DNA of 64,000 nucleotides from contig BCKZ01000005.1 of the NCBI GenBank assembly GCA_001600815.1, forward strand, positions 1,036,875-1,100,874, given 5' to 3'. Made by a program: the position numbers and the translations under genes. Position 1 is the stretch's first letter. Each line of letters starts with the position of its first letter. Below are positions 1 to 12,849 of this stretch, piece by piece. The DNA comes from Alloascoidea hylecoeti. Its lineage: Eukaryota. The notes under the pieces are model-generated. The model searched no databases. It saw nothing but the letters and a program-made list of their open reading frames with translations, and was not told the origin of the DNA.

Positions 1-960
<960 letters not shown>

Positions 961-984
961 TAAGTACCAATGTGTAAACAGCCC

Positions 985-1020
985 AAAATACTCAAGATAC
1001 TCAAGATACTCAAAATACTG
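985..1020 (+). repeat. 9-bp tandem repeat (AARATACTC x4)
   Basis: aaaatactc aagatactc aagatactc aaaatactg read directly; this explains the spurious ILKILK/EYLEYL ORFs. Confidence 0.85.
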
Positions 1021-1217
1021 GCAATTATAATAAAAAAAAGTCGTGAATGGTTCGTGTTTTTGTTTTTGTTTGCTGTCAGGGCCTGCTGCACGTGTTCCAC
1101 ACATGGCCAAATGAGGCTTGCTGCTGGTGTGCATGCAGATGATAATAAGGCTGTCTATATAAATCTTTGATTCATTTCCTTTAATGTTTCTGTTCTTCGT
1201 ATCCATTCACATCCAGG

Positions 1218-2960
1218 ATGATTTCTAATTCCCCTTGGTTTCCCAAATTCGTGCTTTTCACTTTGTCTCTGTGCATATTAAATCTGATATATACAACCTC
1301 ATATCTCACTTATTCTTTTTATAAGAAGAATGACTATGTATCAATACATCCAATAAATACCAAAATTCATCACCATATAAATACAAATGTAAATGCAACA
1401 GTAGATGATTATCTCAAAATTTATCAAAAAAAATCAAAAGATGATACTACTAAATCAATACAAGAAATTTTAGATTTGAATATAAACTCTTATTTTAAAG
1501 ATCCAATATATGATTTAATTCCTGAAAATTTAATCACTCTCATAAATAAATCTTTCCCATTAACTTTTGATCAAGAATCTCAATTAAGAATTTTTTTAAA
1601 TGAACAAATTAATGATTTAAAAGAAGAAGAAAAAATCTCCCAAGAAAAAAATTATAAAACAACTGATTTATTTAAACTACATCGATTAAATAGAAAAGCA
1701 ACTTTACGTGATTTTTTAAGAAATTTAATTCCAATTCAATTTAATGAAAATGATTATGATTTAAAAACTGGAAAATTAGAACCTTCTGGTTTAAAAATTG
1801 CAATTGTTTCTGCAACCGATGGAAAAGGTGCAAAATCAAAAAATATGTTTAAACAAGTTTATCAAAATAGACAAGAATATTGTGATTATCATGGTTATAT
1901 TAATGCATGGTATAATTTATCTCATTATGAATATCCAAAAGATCGTGGAAGAGAATGGGGGAAAGTTGAAGTTATACGTAAAGCATTTGATGATTTTCCA
2001 AGTGTTGAATGGGTTTATATTTTAGATATTGATGTTATTATAATGGATTATGAAATTGATTTAGCTGAATTGGTTTTACATCCAAAAGCTTTAAAAAATA
2101 GATTATCTTATGCAAAAACTTTAAGAAGAGATTATGGTGGGAGACCAAGATATGTTAATCAATTATATGGTATATTAGAAGAAGAAGAAGATAATTTAAA
2201 TAATGAAAAAAATTATTTAAATTTTAATGGTACAAAACATATTTCATTAAATGATTCTATAAAAGAATCTGGTTTTGAAAATGGTTTAAATGATTTACCA
2301 CCAATTGATTTAATAAAAGATGAAGATATTTATAATATTGATGTTATAATGGGTCTTGAATTATCTGAAACAAATACTGGTTCATTTTTTTTTAGAAGAT
2401 CTGATTTTACAAGACATTTTTTATCATATTGGGATATACAATCATCATTGGATTTAAAACTTTGGTTAAAAGAACAAAGTTTAATTTCTGAAGTTGTTGT
2501 AAATAATCCAATATTAAGAAAAAAATTTGGTGTTGTTTCAATAAAAACAATTGGTCCAATATTAAATATTCATCATAATGATTTAGAATATACTTGGACA
2601 GAAGGTGATTGGATTATTCATTTTGCTGGTTTCCCAATGGCAAATGGTGAACAATGGAGTAGATTTTGGGTAAGAAGAAGAAGAGTACCAATACAATATA
2701 GAATAAGTGGTATACCTGAAATAAGATCTCCTGAAGGTTGGTTAATTGAAGCATATCATAAAGAATCAAGACATAATGAAACTATACCAAAAGATCAATT
2801 AACTCCATTAACAATTGAAGAAATTGAAAATTTAGAAAATTTTAAAATTGATTTATTTGAATTAAATGAATGGACAAATAGAAAAATTAAATATAATGGA
2901 TTAAAAAATGATGAATTTGAAAAAAAATATAAATATCTTAAAGATATTATTGATCGATGA
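1218..2960 (+). CDS. GT34 (Gma12/Mnn10 family) Golgi glycosyltransferase, type II membrane protein
   Basis: 580 aa. N-terminal TM helix, NRQEYCDYHGY, WGKVEVIRKAF, WVYILDIDVII (DxD), NTGSFFFRRS, EQ and WTEGDWIIHFAG motifs typical of GT34. Confidence 0.88.
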   Translation: MISNSPWFPKFVLFTLSLCILNLIYTTSYLTYSFYKKNDYVSIHPINTKIHHHINTNVNATVDDYLKIYQKKSKDDTTKSIQEILDLNINSYFKDPIYDLIPENLITLINKSFPLTFDQESQLRIFLNEQINDLKEEEKISQEKNYKTTDLFKLHRLNRKATLRDFLRNLIPIQFNENDYDLKTGKLEPSGLKIAIVSATDGKGAKSKNMFKQVYQNRQEYCDYHGYINAWYNLSHYEYPKDRGREWGKVEVIRKAFDDFPSVEWVYILDIDVIIMDYEIDLAELVLHPKALKNRLSYAKTLRRDYGGRPRYVNQLYGILEEEEDNLNNEKNYLNFNGTKHISLNDSIKESGFENGLNDLPPIDLIKDEDIYNIDVIMGLELSETNTGSFFFRRSDFTRHFLSYWDIQSSLDLKLWLKEQSLISEVVVNNPILRKKFGVVSIKTIGPILNIHHNDLEYTWTEGDWIIHFAGFPMANGEQWSRFWVRRRRVPIQYRISGIPEIRSPEGWLIEAYHKESRHNETIPKDQLTPLTIEEIENLENFKIDLFELNEWTNRKIKYNGLKNDEFEKKYKYLKDIIDR

Positions 2961-3231
2961 TATATAATAATAATATAATGACATAACATATAATTTAACT
3001 TATCTAAATTAACTGGGTAATTACCATAACACGTTTTTTTTTACTATTTTTTTTTTTTTTAGTTCCGTGCACGTGAATTGATTGTCCGTCCGTAGTTAAA
3101 ATGTATGGATGTTTTTGTTATTCTTAAGCTAGTAATAATAATTATAATACAGGGGTTCCCCCAAAGGGCACTTTTTTTACTTCTTCATACTCTTTATACG
3201 TTTTTACTCTTATTTTTATTCTTGGAATTAG

Positions 3232-3886
3232 ATGGTTTCTTCAAATCCGGGAGTTCATCGTTCATCAACTGAAAGTTTTAAACTTGAACTTTTATGTTCA
3301 TCAAGTGATGATACTGATAAAGATTTAGAGCGTCAAAACCATTCTACAAAAATTAAAGATGTTAACCCCGAAGAAACAAGTTGGAAATCCCGTTTTTTAA
3401 CAAAAGGAAAAGATACAATATCAATGGGATCATTTTTAAAAGGTTTATTTGGTGTTTCCGTTGGTGAATGGATTTTAATACTATCGTTAATTTTTGGTGG
3501 ATGTTGTTCAAATATTTATGCTATTGAGGCAATTGTTTCCGAACTTCCAGACAGTGGAATATTAATTACATTTTGTCAATTTTTATTCGTTGCTTTAGAA
3601 GGTTATATTCATTTTTTTGATTCTTCAAACCCAAAAGGTTTGTTTATTAAAAAACCAAAAGTTCCAATGAAAAGATGGTTAATTATTGTTGTTTTATTTT
3701 TTACTGTGTCAATTATGAATAATTTAGCTTTTGGTATGAATATTTCGGTTCCTTTACATATTATATTTAGAAGTGGTGGTGCTGTTATGACAACTATTGT
3801 TGGATTTTTATGGGGGAAAAGATATACGAGAAAGCAGGTTTTTGCAACTCTTATATTAACGATTGGTGTCACACTTGCAACATTTG

Positions 3887-3917
<31 letters not shown>

Positions 3918-4482
3918 GAATTCAACAACAATTACTTCAAATGAAAATCAAAATCAAAATGATTCAGATAAAATAATTGAAGAAGATGCTTTTAAAGAAA
4001 TGTTTAAATTTTATTGTGGTATTGCAACTTTATCAATAGCAGGAATTTTAATGTCAATAATGGCTCTTTTTGTTGAAAAAACTTATGCAATTTATGGAAA
4101 ACATTGGAGAGAAAATTTATTTTTTCAACATTTTTTATCATTACCATTTTTTTTATTCATCAGTAAAAATATTTATTTAAATTTTTTAAATTTATGGAAT
4201 TCAGAACCAAAAATTTCATTATCAATAATTGGTTTTGAAAATTTAACAATTCCAATTCAATTTTTTAATTTATTACTTGTTACAATTACTCAATATCTTT
4301 GTGTACGTGGTGTACAAAATTTAGCTGGTAATACTGGTGCTTTAACTGTTATGATTATCTTAAATGTTCGAAAATTTGTTAGTTTATTATTATCAATTTG
4401 GATTTTTGGAAATCCTGTTAATTTAGGAATATTAATTGGGGCTGTATTTGTTTTTATTGGTGTTTTTTTATATTCTAGATAA
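3232..4482 (+). CDS. YEA4: Nucleotide-sugar transporter, UAA family (YEA4/SLC35B4-like; UDP-GlcNAc or related donor)
   Basis: LIFGGCCSN, LITFCQF, NISVPLHIIFRSGG, HWRENLFF and NVRKFVSLLLS motifs; about 10 hydrophobic segments; poly-Ser from a (TCA)n tract near 3886-3917. Confidence 0.9.
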
Positions 4483-5051
4483 TTCACCTTAATTCACTCA
4501 CACTCCTGTAAATTAATTCACTTCTACTTCTACATTAGATATTAATCATAATCATGATATTTATAATTAAAAGACATATATTAGTATAAACCATAAATAT
4601 AACTTAGTTACTTTTAAATTACAACACATATAATATAATCATAGATATATATAATCTTTATTTACAATTATAAAATTATAAAATTGAAATTGACTCTCAT
4701 CGCATATCTGTAATATATCTTGATTAAAAAAAAAAAAAAAAAAAAAACAATGAATTAATTATAATAAATAATTATATATATAAACACAAAAATCTTCAGA
4801 TGATTATATATCTTTGATGTATTGTTAAACAATATACCATGTAGGTTTATATCATGGTAGTATGATTATATTTCGAATTTTGTTATTGACAATTTCAGGG
4901 ATATCAAAATTTTAGCTATTTAATGGTTAACTCCTTGTATTGCTACTGGTATAGCCTTGAGGCTACACCTATATATATTACAATGATGATAAAAATTCAT
5001 TTGACTTGACCGCTGTCCACTATTGTTCAAGAAGCAGTTGATGATTTCGAG

Positions 5052-5263
5052 ACAATTGCCCTTGCTGCTGGTTCAGATTATTGGTTTGTAATTCTTGGTG
5101 CAATTATTGAACATGGATTTTGTACTTTTGGTGCTGTTATTGGTGGGAAATTATTGGTATTGGCTTCAAGAATTAGTATGAGAACTGTTACAATTTCTGG
5201 TGCTTTAGCATTTCTTGTTTTTTCAATTGTTTATTTTTATGAAGCTTTGGCAATTAAAGCATA
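5052..5263 (+). pseudogene. Inverted duplicate of the last ~68 codons of GDT1
   Basis: Translates TIALAAGSDYWFVILGAIIEHGFCTFGAVIGGKLLVLASRISMRT...ALAIKA*, matching the C-terminus of 9402-10433 with G->E and a 2-aa insertion. No ATG upstream of the fragment in frame. Confidence 0.9.
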
Positions 5264-5869
5264 GGTTTAGATCTTATTAATAAGATTAAATCATTTGATA
5301 CATTTATAATATGGAATATAGTTATTTGCATCATATTAAAGGAGACTACATATTTTTCTTTCTTTCTTTCTTTTTAGAATTGATATTAATTATAATGGAT
5401 TCATTTTACATACTTTGGCTATAGATATATGAAATTATAGAATATATAGTAATAATAACACCTACATACAGCACCACTCTGTTCCCTTCTTATAATCTCA
5501 TCTAATACAAAGCGATATCGATCTCACTCACTGTACCTGCTATACCAGTAACTTATAACCAGTATAAACACAAGGAATTTTACAGTAACATTAATATTAG
5601 TTCTTTGATTTTGTTGTTGGAAGTATGATAACAAATTATCCCATTTAAGTACCCTTGAAATAGTCACATGATACCGGATATCTCTATATCTCAATTTTAA
5701 ACATATATTCGAAACTATCAAGTTACTGTATTTCTATTTTACTATGTAATTGAGGGTTAAAGTTGATATTACTATATTATTAAATTTATTTCAATTTAAA
5801 TTTCTTTAAGCAACAATATTTTCATTAGATTATAAGTGTTTTAAATATTTTTTCCTTAAATTTTTAGTA
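5052..5869 (+). repeat. Left arm of ~815-bp inverted repeat (partner 8796-9608)
   Basis: Reverse complement of 8796-9608 apart from a few substitutions, a 6-bp duplication (ttattggtattggc vs ttattggc) and a 1-bp indel. Confidence 0.95.
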
Positions 5870-7050
5870 AAAGTGGATAGTCTTTTCGAATCAGCACAAA
5901 TCGAAAAAGTAGGGCATATTTTTAATTTTTCTTCTTTTGAACATTTAAATTCTTTAAATAATGTTAAATCATTTAAATTCCAAATCTTAATACTCCAATC
6001 CCACTAATANATATGATTTTATTATTAGCTGTAAATAATGCCATTGTTAATCCATTTGATAATTTTTTTATTTCTTTTGTTTGTAAATCCCGAACTGTTA
6101 TTTGAAAGTTATCACCAGCAATTAAGTATTGATCTGTTACTATAAGAAAATGTTCAGTAATATAATCGAATTGTTGAATAACTTGACCAGTTTCAATATT
6201 CCAAGATCTAACAACTCCCAATTCACTACTATATTATAAACGCAAATACCAAAAAAGGAAATTACTGCCTTTTTTAAACAGTATTGAAAGTTAAATTGTA
6301 GTTGATGTTTTAAATTAACTTGATTTCCAAACTTCAACATAATCATCATTACAACATACAATATAATCATTGTATAAAACCACATCCCCTACTGATTGTT
6401 TTAATAGTATCAAACGATCTATTGGTCGAAATCTGGTAATTGCCAAATTATACAATACCCATCAGATGAACCAGAAACCAAATATTTATCATTAATATCC
6501 ATACAACCAACTGGACTCAAATGAAATTTAAGATTGATATCTTTTGTTACCTCCATCAAATGCCTTCTAAATGAATAATTTTTTAACCTCTCAAGATTTA
6601 GTACACCTAATTGTTTTAAAATATCAAGATTTCGTTCACCTAAAACTTTTAAACATCGATAAGTTTCATTATCCCAAATTTTTATTGTACAATCATCTGA
6701 ACTAGTTAAAATCCAGTTTTTAAAAATTTTTACGCAATTTTTTAATTTAGAATGAGCATATAATCTATATTGTGTAAATTTATCGTTTTTCCAATTTAAT
6801 TCCAGAAGATAGCGTTCTTTATACAATTCATACCATCTGTTTCTGAATCTTCATTATAGTATTTCCAAGATTTTTGTTCTTGAAATTTTGATCTCCATAT
6901 CTCATTATTTTCAGCCATTTGTTTCCATGATTTAGATACCCTTCTACAAATGAGTAACGTTGTTGTTGATAAATCTAAGAAGATTTTTTCAAATATTTTA
7001 TTAGGGAGATTGGAAACAAGATCGATTGCAGTCTCAAGACTAAGTGGTAT
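5830..7050 (-). pseudogene. F-box/WD40 protein pseudogene (copy A)
   Basis: F-box (DLVSNLPNKIFEKIFLDLS...CRRVSKSWKQMAENNEIW), WD repeats (TSSDDCTIKIWD, VSGSSDGYCIIW, VRSWNIETGQ) and C-terminus FTKNLRKKYLKHL*. No in-frame ATG before the F-box (ATA at 7048-7050); frameshifts near 6837 and 6428 plus further disruptions. Confidence 0.85.
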
Positions 7051-7247
7051 TTTTTACTATTTGTAGCTAATGATATTACTGGGGATGCTTTATTTGCAAA
7101 AAGAATATCTATCTGCTTTGTGTAGATGGTAAAATCATTATATTCATGATTATACTAAAAATTTAAGGAAAAAATATTTAAAACACTTATAATCTAATGA
7201 AAATATTGTTGCTTAAAGAAATTTAAATTGAAATAAATTTAATAATA

Positions 7248-7347
7248 NNNNNNNNNNNNNNNNNNNNNNNNNNNNNNNNNNNNNNNNNNNNNNNNNNNNN
7301 NNNNNNNNNNNNNNNNNNNNNNNNNNNNNNNNNNNNNNNNNNNNNNN
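7248..7347. other. Assembly gap (100 N)
   Basis: Run of 100 N flanked by identical 1543-bp sequences (5705-7247 and 7348-8890). Confidence 0.98.
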
Positions 7348-7472
7348 ATATTCGAAACTATCAAGTTACTGTATTTCTATTTTACTATGTAATTGAGGGT
7401 TAAAGTTGATATTACTATATTATTAAATTTATTTCAATTTAAATTTCTTTAAGCAACAATATTTTCATTAGA

Positions 7473-8693
7473 TTATAAGTGTTTTAAATATTTTTTCCTT
7501 AAATTTTTAGTAAAAGTGGATAGTCTTTTCGAATCAGCACAAATCGAAAAAGTAGGGCATATTTTTAATTTTTCTTCTTTTGAACATTTAAATTCTTTAA
7601 ATAATGTTAAATCATTTAAATTCCAAATCTTAATACTCCAATCCCACTAATANATATGATTTTATTATTAGCTGTAAATAATGCCATTGTTAATCCATTT
7701 GATAATTTTTTTATTTCTTTTGTTTGTAAATCCCGAACTGTTATTTGAAAGTTATCACCAGCAATTAAGTATTGATCTGTTACTATAAGAAAATGTTCAG
7801 TAATATAATCGAATTGTTGAATAACTTGACCAGTTTCAATATTCCAAGATCTAACAACTCCCAATTCACTACTATATTATAAACGCAAATACCAAAAAAG
7901 GAAATTACTGCCTTTTTTAAACAGTATTGAAAGTTAAATTGTAGTTGATGTTTTAAATTAACTTGATTTCCAAACTTCAACATAATCATCATTACAACAT
8001 ACAATATAATCATTGTATAAAACCACATCCCCTACTGATTGTTTTAATAGTATCAAACGATCTATTGGTCGAAATCTGGTAATTGCCAAATTATACAATA
8101 CCCATCAGATGAACCAGAAACCAAATATTTATCATTAATATCCATACAACCAACTGGACTCAAATGAAATTTAAGATTGATATCTTTTGTTACCTCCATC
8201 AAATGCCTTCTAAATGAATAATTTTTTAACCTCTCAAGATTTAGTACACCTAATTGTTTTAAAATATCAAGATTTCGTTCACCTAAAACTTTTAAACATC
8301 GATAAGTTTCATTATCCCAAATTTTTATTGTACAATCATCTGAACTAGTTAAAATCCAGTTTTTAAAAATTTTTACGCAATTTTTTAATTTAGAATGAGC
8401 ATATAATCTATATTGTGTAAATTTATCGTTTTTCCAATTTAATTCCAGAAGATAGCGTTCTTTATACAATTCATACCATCTGTTTCTGAATCTTCATTAT
8501 AGTATTTCCAAGATTTTTGTTCTTGAAATTTTGATCTCCATATCTCATTATTTTCAGCCATTTGTTTCCATGATTTAGATACCCTTCTACAAATGAGTAA
8601 CGTTGTTGTTGATAAATCTAAGAAGATTTTTTCAAATATTTTATTAGGGAGATTGGAAACAAGATCGATTGCAGTCTCAAGACTAAGTGGTAT
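7473..8693 (-). pseudogene. F-box/WD40 pseudogene copy B (identical to copy A; probably an artefactual duplicate)
   Basis: Same sequence at offset 1643, including the same ambiguous N (6010 vs 7653). Confidence 0.6.
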
Positions 8694-8795
8694 TTTTTAC
8701 TATTTGTAGCTAATGATATTACTGGGGATGCTTTATTTGCAAAAAGAATATCTATCTGCTTTGTGTAGATGGTAAAATCATTATATTCATGATTA

Positions 8796-9608
8796 TACTA
8801 AAAATTTAAGGAAAAAATATTTAAAACACTTATAATCTAATGAAAATATTGTTGCTTAAAGAAATTTAAATTGAAATAAATTTAATAATATAGTAATATC
8901 AACTTTAACCCTCAATTACATAGTAAAATAGAAATACAGTAACTTGATAGTTTCGAATATATGTTTAAAATTGAGATATAGAGATATCCGGTATCATGTG
9001 ACTATTTCAAGGGTACTTAAATGGGATAATTTGTTATCATACTTCCAACAACAAAATCAAAGAACTAATATTAATGTTACTGTAAAATTCCTTGTGTTTA
9101 TACTGGTTATAAGTTACTGGTATAGCAGGTACAGTGAGTGAGATTGATATCGCTTTGTATTAGATGAGATTATAAGAAGGGAACAGAGTGGTGCTGTATG
9201 TAGGTGTTATTATTACTATATATTCTATAATTTCATATATCTATAGCCAAAGTATGTAAAATGAATCCATTATAATTAATATCAATTCTAAAAAGAAAGA
9301 AAGAAAGAAAAATATGTAGTCTCCTTTAATATTGATGCAAATAACTATATTCCATATTATAAATGTATCAAATGATTTAATCTTATTAATAAGATCTAAA
9401 CCTATGCTTTAATTGCCAAAGCTTCATAAAAATAAACAATTGAAAAAACAAGAAATGCTAAAGCACCAGAAATTGTAACAGTTCTCATACTAATTCTTGA
9501 AGCCAATAATTTCCCACCAATAACAGCACCAAAAGTACAAAATCCATGCCCAATAATTGCACCAAGAATTACAAACCAATAATCTGAACCAGCAGCAAGG
9601 GCAATTGT
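8796..9608 (-). repeat. Right arm of ~815-bp inverted repeat
   Basis: Reverse complement of 5052-5869; contains the true GDT1 3' end and an orphan copy of the F-box C-terminal codons on the + strand. Confidence 0.95.
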
Positions 9609-10433
9609 AGCAATTTGTGATCTATCACCCCATTCTCCTAAAAATGTCATTATGAAAACTTGAACCCAAACAGGAGATAAAATAAAACTTGCCAAGTTCT
9701 CAACACTAAAAAGAAATTGCTTTCCAACATATTGAACTGCTTCACTAGTTGATTTTGATCTTTTATGATGATGTTCGGCTGGTTTTTTAATATTGCCGCC
9801 TTTTTCAAGTTGGTCTAAATTTTTAGACATTTCTTTAGAATCAATTTCATCTTCAACTTCCTTCATTTCTTCTTCAACACCAGCTTGAGGACTCATATCA
9901 AAACCTTCTTTCAAAAGTTTAATTCCAAAGACTAAGAATAAAATCGATGCTAAATAATGAGTATATTTTGGTGATAAAATTGATGGTAATGTATGTCCCA
10001 AGAAAGCAGATAATACCGTCATTAATGCTAAAGCTGAATGGGCAGCAGTAAATACAGTCAATCTTGGAGCTCTCATTGCCATTAAGGCAGCAACAAGAAA
10101 GGTTTTATCACCAATTTCTGAAAATAATATCATTACACTTGACATTAAGAATGAATGTAGTGGATTATCATCATCACCAGACTCAAAAAAGTCTTCTACT
10201 CCATCTTTAAATTCATGATATTTGTGTTGTAATGATATATCATTAATTTTACTATCTTTAGTAATTTTCAGCTTGTTGTATTCATTATTAAGTAATTTAT
10301 TGTTCACAGGTTGCAATTGTTTATCTTTTGAAATTAACACGTCTTTACTTTGTCCGAACACTTCCGCCTTTGAATTTTCACAATGAACCAACAACGGAAG
10401 TATAAAAAGTAAAATGTAAGCCGATTTTTTCAT
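9402..10433 (-). CDS. GDT1: GDT1/TMEM165 (UPF0016) Golgi Ca2+/Mn2+ transporter
   Basis: Signal peptide; both UPF0016 motifs intact (SEIGDKTF and GEWGDRSQ); acidic central loop. Confidence 0.95.
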   Translation of the reverse strand: MKKSAYILLFILPLLVHCENSKAEVFGQSKDVLISKDKQLQPVNNKLLNNEYNKLKITKDSKINDISLQHKYHEFKDGVEDFFESGDDDNPLHSFLMSSVMILFSEIGDKTFLVAALMAMRAPRLTVFTAAHSALALMTVLSAFLGHTLPSILSPKYTHYLASILFLVFGIKLLKEGFDMSPQAGVEEEMKEVEDEIDSKEMSKNLDQLEKGGNIKKPAEHHHKRSKSTSEAVQYVGKQFLFSVENLASFILSPVWVQVFIMTFLGEWGDRSQIATIALAAGSDYWFVILGAIIGHGFCTFGAVIGGKLLASRISMRTVTISGALAFLVFSIVYFYEALAIKA

Positions 10434-10896
10434 TTTCTTAAAATTATATCCTATTTTATATATTGGTTTTTATTGATGTGTTAATGATGAATTACTAAGG
10501 AATGTATATGATTGGTGGGGTCGCTGTAATATGAAAATAAATAGAACTGAAAAGAAAAATAGGGAACATTATTGTAATTAAATAATGAAAATAATACATG
10601 TCACATCGTTAAATAATGAGCCCCCATACATTTAACTTATTATAACCTTGCAATTGTAATGATAAAATTACTATATATATATATATAATATTAACTGTAT
10701 ATCGATATCTATAGCATAAAGCTTCGATGCGAAAACAAATGAATACAAAAATTATGATGTTCAATATTTGTATATGAAGAAATAAAAAAAACCCAAAATA
10801 AATCAATTAGATATAGTGCTAGATTTTGAATTGAAATAATATATAAAGTTTACAGGGTATGTATGATTTTGAATATATCAATTTAACTTTTTTTGT

Positions 10897-12849
10897 TTAA
10901 TCACTTAAAACATTGCAAAAATAAATAAATGCAAAAAATAAAGAACAAACTCCACTAAAAGAAGTGATATGTCGCATATTAAATTTCTCAACCAATAATT
11001 TTCCTCCAACAACAGCAATAAGAGTAGTTAGAAAATACCCTATCAATGAACCTATTATAACACTGTAATAGTTTGTTCCTGCTGCTAGTGTAGTTATATA
11101 AATAGCTAAATGTGGTGAATCACTCCATCCTGATAATAATACCATCTTGAATGTTTCAAATAACATTGGTGTTGTTAAAGAATCGGCAACATTTGTAGCA
11201 TGCGCAATTGTTGTACTTACTGTTGATCTGTGATAAGCAAATCTTCTTGGCTTATCCTTGATCATTTCACCACGTTCTAAGAAATCCATTGATGATGGGG
11301 ATAACATATCTTTTCTATCAATTTTTGATTGAATTTNATAAATCTTTTCATTTTGTGATTCAGAATTAAATTTATATTTATAATGAGAATCTTTTAATTT
11401 CTTAAAACCAAACATAAGGAAATAAATAAACCCAATTAAATGAATAAGTTTTATAGATATTATATTTGAAATCATATAACCAATTAATGATGATATAATT
11501 GTAATTGTTGAAAGAGCTAAGAAAGTTGATGTGAAAACAGTTATTGATGATTCTTTCATTACCATTAATGAAGAAATTATAAAAGTTGAATCATAAAATT
11601 CAGAAGATGATATAACCATTAAAAATGATAATAAAATTGAATATTGTTTCGATTCATTATTTGAAAGTAAATTTAAATTTGAATTTATATCATTATAATC
11701 TAATAAAAGGGTATTTGTTTTTTTAATTTCATTATTTGATAGAGAAGAAGAATGTTCATTTTTCCAATTTGTATTCTCTTCTTCTGTTTCTTCATATACT
11801 TCTTCAACTGGATATAATTTCTTTGGATTATGTTTTCTTGATTTAATTATTTCATCTTTATCATTCTCTTGTTTTTCTTCGGATAATGAAGTACCTGTTG
11901 ATCCAAATTTAATTGTGTCAACAACTTTATCATCAATAACCCCTGATTCTGCATCAACAGGGTTCGCAAATCTTCCCCTAGCTCCTCCAACTTTTTGAAT
12001 TTTTTTCTTAGAATTAATGATCGGAATTGAATCTTCTGTAGCATCGAGTATCGGAAGTTCATCGTTTGATGAAGATTTTTCAGACTCATCATTTCTATAT
12101 TTTGAAGCCTGAACCGTTTTTTCCTTGATACCAAATAATTCATCCATTGCCTCTTTTTCTTTTTCAATTTCAATTTCATTATCAATTTGTTCATTGTTTA
12201 AATCTGTAATTTCTATTGCAGCATCATCAATGTTATTGTTTTTGTTACTATTTTGTTCTGGATCAACCAATTCCAAATCCTCTGATTTTATTAATGGTCT
12301 TTGAAAACTAGATCCCTTATGAATATCATTAGGTTTTTCATCACTTGGATAAAATCCTAAAGATTCAGTTGCAGCTTTTTTGCGATCCTCATTATTTGTT
12401 TCTAAATCATCTAAATTTTTCTTTGTTGTGGTTGTCTTCAAATTAGAATCTTCAGTGTCATATTTTGAATTCTCAGATATTTCATACTCATCTGCATTTG
12501 ATGCTTTTTCTTTACTTATAGTAGAATCATCCGCCGTGTCCTGATCAGCACTAACAATATCAACATTAACATCAATATCATCATCCCACTTATTATTTTC
12601 AGTTTCCAAACGTTGTGATTTTTTCCATACTTCTAAAGCTTCTAGTCTACTCTTTTTCTTCTCCTCTGCTCTTTGATCTTTTGCCTTTTTACGTGCTATT
12701 GCACTCATCATTACAATCCTTGGATCCTTATCTAAAATCTGTGTCTTTTGAAATTTGTTTTCTCCACTCAGTGCCGTCGTTGGCCTTATTGCTATTATGT
12801 AGCATAGTAGTGTTATGAGGAGGAAGAAGGCGTGTATTGTCTTAGGCAT
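10897..12849 (-). CDS. Divergent GDT1-family paralog with long acidic N-terminal extension
   Basis: Likely ATG at 12849 (MPKTIHAFFLLITLL, signal-like). About 390 aa of D/E/N/K-rich sequence precede a UPF0016-like TM region with degenerate motifs (SEFYDSTF; SGWSDSPH) and TLAAGTNYYSVIIGSLIG...VVGGKLL. Confidence 0.8.
   Translation of the reverse strand: MPKTIHAFFLLITLLCYIIAIRPTTALSGENKFQKTQILDKDPRIVMMSAIARKKAKDQRAEEKKKSRLEALEVWKKSQRLETENNKWDDDIDVNVDIVSADQDTADDSTISKEKASNADEYEISENSKYDTEDSNLKTTTTKKNLDDLETNNEDRKKAATESLGFYPSDEKPNDIHKGSSFQRPLIKSEDLELVDPEQNSNKNNNIDDAAIEITDLNNEQIDNEIEIEKEKEAMDELFGIKEKTVQASKYRNDESEKSSSNDELPILDATEDSIPIINSKKKIQKVGGARGRFANPVDAESGVIDDKVVDTIKFGSTGTSLSEEKQENDKDEIIKSRKHNPKKLYPVEEVYEETEEENTNWKNEHSSSLSNNEIKKTNTLLLDYNDINSNLNLLSNNESKQYSILLSFLMVISSSEFYDSTFIISSLMVMKESSITVFTSTFLALSTITIISSLIGYMISNIISIKLIHLIGFIYFLMFGFKKLKDSHYKYKFNSESQNEKIYXIQSKIDRKDMLSPSSMDFLERGEMIKDKPRRFAYHRSTVSTTIAHATNVADSLTTPMLFETFKMVLLSGWSDSPHLAIYITTLAAGTNYYSVIIGSLIGYFLTTLIAVVGGKLLVEKFNMRHITSFSGVCSLFFAFIYFCNVLSD

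Noticed and set aside
5524..5721. 65-aa ORF duplicated at 8944-9141
   Set aside because: Non-ATG start in intergenic DNA; duplicated only because it lies in the inverted-repeat arms.
5705..8890. Apparent 1543-bp tandem duplication of the F-box locus
   Set aside because: The copies appear identical, share the same ambiguous N and flank a 100-N gap, so they are most likely overlapping contig ends left unmerged.
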